This document shows, piece after piece, positions 55,201 to 64,000 of a stretch of DNA of 64,000 nucleotides; position 1 is the stretch's first letter; every line of letters starts with the position of its first letter. Below the pieces are notes generated by a model. It searched no databases and was not told the origin of the DNA. It worked only from the letters and a program-made list of their open reading frames with translations. The translations under genes and the position numbers were made by a program. Origin of the DNA: Eledone cirrhosa (Eukaryota); the NCBI GenBank assembly GCA_964016885.1, contig OZ024740.1, forward strand, positions 7,316,001 to 7,380,000, in the 5' to 3' direction.

Positions 55201-57743
55201 ATGTCAGTTTCGATTGGTATGTCAGTTTTGATTGATATGTCAGTGTCGATTATAATGTCAGTTACTATTGGTATGTCAGTTTTGATCGGTATCTCAGTTT
55301 CGATTGGTATGTCAGTTTCGATTGGTATGTCAATTTCGATTGGAATATCAGTTTTGATATGTATGTGAGTTTCGATTAGAATATCAGTTTCTATTTGTAT
55401 GTCAGTTTCGATTACTATATCAGTTTCTATTGGTATGTCAGTTTCGATTGGTATGTCAGTTTCCTTTGGTATATCAGTTACTATTGGTATGTCAGTTTCG
55501 ATAGGTATGTCAGTTTCGATTCGTATGTCAGTTTCTATTGGTATGTCAGTTTCGAGTATTATATCAGTTACTATTGGTATGTCAGTTTCGATTGGTATGT
55601 CAGTTTCGATTGGTATATCAGTTTCTATTTGTATGACAGTTTCGATTGGTATATCAGTTTCGATTGGTATGTTAGTTTCGATTGGTATGTCAGTTTCGAT
55701 TGGTATGTCAGTTTGAATTGGTATGTCAGTTTTGATTGGTATATCAATTTCGATTAGTATATCAGTTTCTATTGGTATGTCCGTTTCTATTGGTATATCA
55801 GTTTCGATTGGTATATCAGTTTCGATTAGTATGTCAGTTTCTATGGGTATGTCAGTTTCGATTAGTATATCAGTTTCCATTGGTATGTCAGTTTCGATCG
55901 GTATGTCAGATTCTATTGGTATATCAGTTTCGACTGTTATATCAGTTTCAATTGGTATATCAGTTTCTATTGGTATATCAATTTCGATTGGTATATGAGT
56001 TTCTATTGGTATGTTAGTTTCTATTGGTATATCAGTTTCGATAGGTATATCAGTTTCGTTTGGTATGTCAGTTTCGATTGGTATATCAGTTTCGATTGTT
56101 ATATCAGTTTCGATTGGTATGTCAGTTTCGATTGGTATGTCAGTTTCGATTGGTATCTTAATTTCGATTGGTATGACAGTTTCTATTGGTATGTCAGTTT
56201 CGATTATTATATCAGTTACTATTGGTATGTCAGTTTATATTGGTATATCAGTTTCTATTGGTATGACAGTTTCGATTGGTATGTCAGTTTCGATTGTTAT
56301 GTCAGATTCGATTAGTATATCAGTTTCTATAGGTATGTCAGTTTCTATTGTTATATCACATCCGACTGGTATATCAGTTTTGATTAGAATGTCAGTTTCA
56401 ATTGGTATTTCAGTTTCTATTGGTATATCAGTTTGGATTGATATGTCAGTTTTCGATTAGTATGTCAGTTACTATTGGTATGTCAGTTTCGATTAGTATA
56501 TCAGTTTCTATCTGTATGTCAGTTTCGATTGGTATGTCAGTTTCTATTGGTATATCAGTTTCAATTGGTATGTCAGTTTCTATTGGTATATGAATTTCTA
56601 TTGGTATGTCAGTTTCTATTGGTATATCAGTTTCGATTGGTATATCAGTTTCGATTGGTATATCAGTTTCTATTCTTATATCAGTTTTGATTGGTATGTC
56701 AGTTTCGATTAGTATATCAGTTTCTATTGGTATGTCAGTTTCTATTGGTATATCAGTTTGGATTGGTATATCAGATTCGATTGGTATGTCAGTTTAGATT
56801 GGTATGTCAGTTTCGATTGGTATATAAGTTTCTATTGGTATATCAGTTTCCATAGGAATGTCAGATTCGATTGGAACGTCAGTTTCTATTTGTATATTAG
56901 TTTCGATTGGTATGTCAGTTTCTATTGGTATTTCACTTTCGATCGGTATCTCAGTTTCAATTAGTATGTCAATTTCCCTTGGTATACCAGTTTCGATTGT
57001 TATGTCAGTTTCGATTAGTATGTCAATTTCTCTTAGTATGTCACTTTCTATTGGTATATCAGTTTCGATTGCTATGTCACTTTCGATTGGTATGTCAGTT
57101 TCGATTGGTATCTAGCAGTTTCGATTGGTATATCAGTTTCTATTGCTATATAAGTTTCTATTGGTATGTCAGTTTCGATTGGTATGTCAGTTTCTATTGG
57201 TATATCATTTTCGATTGGTATGTCAGTTTCTATTGGTATGTCAGTTTCTATTGTTATATCAGTTTCTATTGGTTTGACAGGTTCGATTGGTATCTCAGTT
57301 TCTATTGGTATGTCAGTTTCGCTTCGTATGTCAGTTTCGATTAGTATGTCAGTTATGATTATTATATCAGTTACTATTGGTATGTCAGTTTCGATTGGTA
57401 TATCGGTTTCTATAAGTATGTCGGTTTCGATAGGTACATCAGTTTCGATTGGTATGTGAGTTTCGATTAGTATATCAGTTTCTATTTGTATGTCAGTTTC
57501 TATTGGTATATCAGCTTCGATTGGTATATCAGTTTCGATTAGTATGTCAGTTTCTATTGGTATGTCAGTTTCGATTGGTATGTCAGTTTCCATTGGTATA
57601 TCAGTTACTATTGGTATGTCAGTTTCGATAGGTATGTCAGTTTCCATTGGTATATCAGTTACTATTGGTATGTCAATTTCGATTGGTATGTCAGTTTCCA
57701 TTGGTATATCAGTTTCAATTGGTATGACAGTTTCGATTGGTAT
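49245..57743. repeat. 18-bp satellite, segment 7 (more diverged beyond ~50.4 kb; contains an older ~3.6-3.8 kb duplication)
   Basis: Same monomer. Related ORF pairs 53155/56758, 53255/56858 and 53828/57449 show more mismatches than the younger duplications. Confidence 0.98.
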
Positions 57744-58961
57744 CATCATCATCATCACCATCATCACCGTTTTACGTCCGTTCTTCCACGCTAGCATGGG
57801 TTAGACGGGTTGTCCTGTTGTGGGCAGTGTCTGGTCGGCTGACCATGCCTTGCTCATACAGGAACTGATCTGGCTTGATTTCTACAGCTGGATGCCCTTC
57901 CTAACACCAACCTCATTTACAGTGAGTGCTGGGTGCTTTTTCGTGGCGCCTACACGTCCACTTTACAGTGTGGGCTGGGTGCTTTTTTTGCCGTGGCACC
58001 TCCACGACCACCTTGCGGTGGGGGGGGGGGGCATATTGTTTATATGCTTCAGCATGTACCCATGGGAGGTCGGGTACCCTGTATTACTGCGTGACGCCAG
58101 AAGTCACGGTCGTGTGTCATTGACTTTGAGAGGTGTAGTTGGGTAAGGTCGGCTTCTATCACCTCATCCCAAGTCATCTTGGGTCTCCCCACTCCGCGGT
58201 TTCCATCAACTTCTAGTGCTCTGCACCTTTTTATGCAGCTGTCATCCTTCATACGCATCACATGTCCATACCAGCGTAACCGCCTCTCCTGCACGCAGCA
58301 TTTGATTCCTCTTATGCTCAGTCTCTCTCTCAATTCATTTATGCTTTGTCGTTCACGTATATTACTGTTACACATCCATCGGAGCATGCAGGCTTCGTTT
58401 CTCTCTAATCTACGTAAGTCTTCCACCTTCAGCGCCCAGGTCTCACTACCATGCAACATCGCTGTTCGGATACACGCATCATACAGTCTGCCTTTCATTC
58501 TGAGGGAGAAGCCTTTTGCAGCTAGCAGTGGTAGTAGTTCCCTAAACTTCTTCCATCCCGTTCTTACCCTAGTTATTGTACTTTCTGAGCACCCACCTCC
58601 GTTGCTAATTCGGTCACCTAGGTAGCAGAAGCTGTCTACTGTTTCTACAGGGCCCTCCCAGAGATTGGTGGTACTTGTTTCCTGTGGCTGTCTGCTTGCT
58701 GTTTCAGCACAGCTGCTGCATGTGAATCCTACATTCTTAATTAAGCTTCCTGAGATCCCGCTACATCTCTTGTGTACCCATTGTTTGCATTTGGGGCAAA
58801 GAATGGAGTTCCTACCTACACCTTTCCTACATACTGAGCAAGGCCATTTCCCTGAGGGGATCTGGGTTCTGTTTTCTCGTCTACTTATAAGGACCTTAGT
58901 CTTTGTCATGTTGACTTTGAGGCCCTTTCTCTCTAGTCCCTGCTTCCAGGTTTGGAATATC
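57744..58961 (-). mobile_element. 5'-truncated RTE-clade LINE of a divergent subfamily (copy 4), with 6-bp TSD TGGTAT
   Basis: (CAT)n at 57744 onward is the (GAT)n tail on the minus strand. The 3' UTR carries the conserved GGTGTTAGGAAGGGCATCCAGCTGTAGAAA block. TGGTAT is duplicated at 57738-57743 and 58962-58967, and an empty paralogous site exists at 54117-54122. Confidence 0.93.
58049..58957 (-). pseudogene. C-terminal fragment of RTE ORF (end of RT, PHD finger, C-terminal domain)
   Basis: FQTWKQGLERKGLKVNMTKTKV...CSVC...CPKC...H..C...CSSC...FCYLGD...RLRWYGHVMRM...GRPKMTW. The frame is open but 5'-truncated; the N-terminus of the listed ORF (58049..59062) is satellite-derived. Confidence 0.9.
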
Positions 58962-61900
58962 TGGTATATCTGTTTCAATTGGTATGTCAGTTTGGATTGG
59001 TATGTCAGTTTCAATTGGTATGTCAGTTTCGATTGGTATGTCAGTTTCGATTGGTATGTCAATTTCGAGTGGTATATCAGTTTTGATTAGTATGTCAGTT
59101 TCTATTGGTATATCAGTTTCTATTGGTATATCAGTTTCGATTGGTATGTCAGTTTCGATTGGTATATCAGTTTCGATTGGTATCTCAGTTTTGATTAGTA
59201 TATTAGTTTCTATTGGTATGTTGGTTTCTATTGGTATATCAGTTTCGATTGGTATATCAGTTTCGATTAGTATGTCAGTTTCTATAGGTATGTCAGTTTC
59301 GATTAGTATATCAGTTTCTATTGGTATGTCAGTTTTGATTGGTATGACAGATTCTATTGGTATATCAGTTTCTATTGGTATATCAGTTTCTATTGGTATG
59401 TCAGTTTCGATTGGTATGTCCGTTTCTATTGGTATATCAGTTTCGATTTCTATGCCAGTTTCTATCGGTATGTCAGTGTCGATTATTATATCAGTAACTA
59501 TTGGTATGTCAGTTTCGATTGGTATATCAGTTTCGATTGGTATATCAGTTTCTATTGGTATGTCAGTTTCGATTGGTATGTCCGTTTCTATTGGTATATC
59601 AGTTTCGATTTCTATGCCAGTTTCTATCGGTATGTCAGTGTCGATTATTATATCAGTAACTATTGGTATGTCAGTTTCGATTGGTATATCAGTTTCGATT
59701 GGTATATCAGTTTCTATTGGTATGACAGTTTCGATTGGTAAATCAGTTTGGATTGGTATGTCAGTTTGGATTGGTATAGCAGTTTGGATTGGTATGTCAG
59801 TTTCTATTGGTATAACAGATTCGATTGGTATGTCAGTTTCTATTGGTATGTCAGTTTCGATTATTATATCAGTTAATATTGGTATGTCAGTTTCGATTGG
59901 TGTTTCAGTTTCTATTGGTATATCAGTTTGGATTGATATATCAGTTTTCGATTAGTATGTCAGTTTCTATTGGTACGTCAGTTTCGATTGGTATGTCAGT
60001 TTCTATTGGTATATCAGTTTTGATTGGTATGTTAGTTTCTATTGGTAAGTCAGCTTCGATTAGTATATCAGTTTCTATTGGTATGTCAGTTTCGATCGGT
60101 ATGTCAGTTTTGATTAGCATATCAGTTTCGATTGGTATATCAGTTTCTATTCTTATATCAGTTTCTATTGGTATATCAGTTTGGATTGGTATATCAGATT
60201 CGATTGTTATGTCAGTTTCGATTGGTATGTCAGTATCGATTGGTATATAAGTTTCTATTGGTATATCAGTTTCCATAGGTATGTCAGATTCGATTGGAAT
60301 GTCAGTTTCTATTGGTATATCATTTTCGATTGGTATGTCAGTTTCTATTGGTATATGACTTTCGATTGGTATATCAGTTTCAATTAGTATGTCAATTTCC
60401 ATTGGTATATCAGTTTCGATTGTTATGTCAGTTTCGATTAGTATGTCAATTCCTATTAGTAAGTCAGTTTCTATTGGTATATCAGTGTCAATTATTATAT
60501 CAGTTACTATTGGTATGTCAGTTTTGATTGGTATATCAGTTTCTATTGCTATGACAGTCTCGATTGGTATGTCAGTTTCGATTGGTATCTCAGTTTCGAG
60601 TGGTATGTCAGTTTCGATTGGTATGTCAATTTTGATTGGTATATCAGTTTCGATTAGTATGTCAGTTTCTATTGATATATCAGTTTCGATTGGTATATCA
60701 GTTTTGATGGGTATGTCAGTTTCGATTGGTATGTGAGTTTCGATTAGTATATCAGTTTCTATTGGTATGTCAGTTTCTATTGGTATATCAGCTTCGATTG
60801 GTATATCAGTTTCAATTAGTATGTCAGTTTCTATTTGTATGGTAGTTTCGATTATTATATGAGTTACTATTGGTATGTCAGTTTCGATTGGTATGTCAGT
60901 TTCGATAGGTATATCAGTTTCTATTGGTATGACAGTTTCGATTGGTATATCAATTTTGATTGGTATGTTAGTTTAGATTGGTATGTCAGTTTTGATTGGT
61001 ATGTCAGTTTGGATTGGTATGTCAGTTTTGATTGGTATGTCAATTTCGAGTGGTATATCAGTTTTGATTAGTATGTCAGTTTCTATTGGTATATCAGTTT
61101 CGGTTGGTATATCAGTTTCGACTGGTACGTCAGTTTCGATTGGTACCTCAGTTTCGATTGGTATATCAGTTTTGATTGGTATGTCAATTTCGATTAGTAT
61201 ATCAGTTTCTATTGGTATGTTAGTTTCTATTGGTATATCAGTTTCGATAGGTATATAAGTTTCGTTTGGTATGTCAATGTCGATTATTATATCAGTAATT
61301 ATTGGTATGTCAGTTTCGATTGGTATGTCAGTTTCGATTGGTATATCAGTTTCTATTGGTATGACAGTTTCGATTGGTATATCAGTTTCTATTGGTATGT
61401 CAGTTTCGATTGGTATGTCAGTTTCTATTGGTATAACAGTTTCGATTGGTATGTCAGTTTCTATTTGTATGTCAGATTCGATTAGTATATCAGTTTCGAT
61501 TGGTATGTCAGTTTCGATTGGTATATCAGTTTCTATTGGTATGACAGTTTCGATTGGTATATCAGTTTCTATTGGTATGTCAGTTTCGATTGGTATTTCA
61601 GTTTCTATTGGTATATCACTTTGGATTGATATATCAGTTTTCGATTAGTATGTCAGTTTCTATTGGTATGTCAGTTTCGATTAGTATATCAGTTTCTATT
61701 GGTATATCAGTTTCGATTGGTATGTCAGTTTCTTTTGGTATATCAGTTTCAATTGGTATGTCAGTTTCTATTGGTATATGAGTTTCCATTGGTATGTCAG
61801 TTTCTATTGGTATATCAGTTTCAATTGGTATGTTAGTTTCTATTGGTAATTCAGCTTCGATTAGTATATCAGTTTCTATTGGTATGTATGTTTCGATTTG

Positions 61901-64000
61901 TATGTCAGTTTTGATTGGTATATCAGTTTCGATTGGTATATCAGTTTCTATTCTTACATCAGTTTCAATTGGTATGACAGTTTCGATTAGTATATCAGTT
62001 TCTATTGATATGTCAGTTTCTATTGGTATATCAGTTTGGATTGGTATATCAGATTCGATTATATGTCAGTTTCGATTGGTATATAAGTTTCTATTGGTAT
62101 ATCAGTTTCCATAGGTATGTCAGATTCGATTGGAATGTCAGTTTCTATAGGTATATCAGTTTCGATTGGTATATCAGTTTCGATTAGTATGTCAGTTTCT
62201 ATTGGTATGTCATTTTCGATTAGTATATCAATTTCTATTGATATGTCAGTTTCGATTGGTATGTCAGATTCTATTAGTATATCAGTTTCGATTGGTATAT
62301 AAGTTTCTATTTGTATATCAGTTTCCATAGGTATGTCAGATTCTATTGGAATGTCAGTTTCTATTGTTATATCACTTTCGATTGGTATATCAGTTTCAAT
62401 TATTATGTCAATTTCCATTGGTATATCAGTTTCGATTGTTATGTCAGTTTCGATTAGTATGTCAATTTCTATTAGTATGTCACTTTCTATTGGTATATCA
62501 GTTTCGATTGCTATGTCACTTTCGATTGGTATGTCAGTTTTGATTGGTATATAGCAGTTTCCAGTGGTTTATCAGAGTCTCTATTGCTATATCAGTTTCT
62601 ATTGGTATGTCAGTTGCGATTGGTATGTCAGTTTCTATTGGTATATCATTTTCGATTGGTATGTCAGTTTCGATTGGTATATCAGTTTCTATTGGGTTGA
62701 CAGGTTCGATTGGTATATCAGTTTCGATTGGTATGTCAGTTTTGATTCGTATGTCAGTTTCGAATAGTATGTCAGTTATGATTATTATATCAGTTACTAT
62801 TGGTATGTCAGTTTCGATTGGTATATCGGTTTCTATTAGTATGTCAGTTTCTGTTGGTATATCAGTTTCGATTGTTATGTAAGTTTCGATTAGTATATCA
62901 GTTTCTATTGGTATGTCAGTTTCTATTGGTATATCAGCTTCGATTGGTATGTCAGTTTCTATTGGTATATCAGTTTCTATTGGTATGTCAGTTTCGATTG
63001 GTATGTCAGTTTTTATAGGTATATCAGTTTGATTGGTATGTCGGTGTCGATTGGTATGTCAGTGTCGATTATTATATCAGTTACTATTGGTATGTCAGTT
63101 TCGATTGGTATATCAGTTTCGATTGGTATCTCAGTTTCGATTGGTATGTCATTTCGATTTGTATTTTAGTTTCGATTGGTATGTCAATTTCGATTGCTAT
63201 GTCAGTTCAGATTAGCATGTCATTTTCTATTGGTATATCAGTTTCGATTGGTATATCAGTTTCGATTGGTATGTCAGTTTCTGTTGGTATATCAGCTACG
63301 ATTGGTATGTCAGTTTCTATTGGAATATCAGTTTCGATTTGTATGTCAGTTCTATTGTTATGTCAGTTTCGATTGGTATGTCAGTTTCTATTTGTATGTC
63401 AGTTTCGATTGATATGTCAATTTCGATTGGTATATCAGTTTCGATTGGTATATCAGTTTCTATTGGTATATCAGTTTCTATTGATATGTCAGTTTCGTTA
63501 GGTATGTCAGTTTCTATTGGTATATCTGTTTCGATTTGTATGTCAGTTCTATTGGTATGTCAGTTTCGATTGGTATGTCAGTTTCGATTGGAATGTCAGT
63601 TTCAATCGGTATATCAGTTTCTATTGGTATGGCAGGTTCGATTGGTATGTTAGTTTCTATTGGTATATCAGTTTCGATTGGTATATCGGTTTTTATTAGT
63701 ATGTAAGTTTCGATATTATGTGAGTTTCGATTGGTATATCAGTTTTGATTCGTATGTCAGTTGCGATTAGTATATCAGTTTCAATTAGTATGTCAGTTTC
63801 TATTGGTATATCAGTTTCGATTGGAATGTCAGTTTCGATTAGTATGTCAATTTCTATTGGTATGTCAGTTTCGATTGGTATATCAGTTTCGATTGGTATA
63901 TCAGTTTCTATTGCTATATCAGTTTCTATTGGTATGTCAGTTTCGATTGGTATGTCAGTTTCTATTGGTATGTCAGTTTCTATTGGTATGTCAGTGTCGA
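58962..64000. repeat. 18-bp satellite, segment 8 (continues off the window end; most heterogeneous part)
   Basis: Same monomer and orientation, with more indels and rare variants. Confidence 0.98.

Noticed and set aside
135-63699. Hundreds of ORFs of MSVSIG / LVCQFR / WYVSFD / IETDIP repeats as protein-coding genes
   Set aside because: They are translations of an 18-bp satellite, open in several frames at once, broken by scattered stops and frameshifts, with no unique N- or C-terminal domain or splice evidence.
1-64000. CENP-B box similarity (TTTCGATTGG vs YTTCGTTGGAARCGGGA)
   Set aside because: Only the TTCG part matches; the required A and CGGG positions are absent.
1-64000. Telomeric repeat or 9-bp sub-monomer origin
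   Set aside because: There is no TTAGG/TTAGGG motif. The two monomer halves (ATTGGTAT vs ATCAGTTT) match only 5 of 8 positions, too weak to claim.

Overview
Eukaryotic, probably invertebrate, satellite DNA. About 85% of the window is one head-to-tail array of an 18-bp monomer, TCAGTTTC(G/T)ATTGGTAT(G/A), in a single orientation and organised into nested higher-order duplications of about 1.2-6 kb. Four independent insertions of RTE-clade non-LTR retrotransposons with (GAT)n tails interrupt it. These are a 5'-truncated copy (22108-23626, +), a near-full-length but disabled APE-RT copy (27980-32019, +), a 617-bp 3'-end fragment capped by a perfect 47-bp fold-back hairpin and amplified to four copies with the satellite (36390, 40619, 46703, 48628), and a 5'-truncated copy of a divergent subfamily on the minus strand (57744-58961). 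The most notable signals are: (i) a C4HC3 PHD-type zinc finger inside the RT domain of all three coding copies; (ii) 3' junctions of all four insertions at the same GGTAT(G) position of the monomer, using tail-target microhomology; (iii) the amplified hairpin cassette. No intact host gene, RNA gene or CRISPR array is supported. Nearly all ORFs in the track are translations of the satellite.
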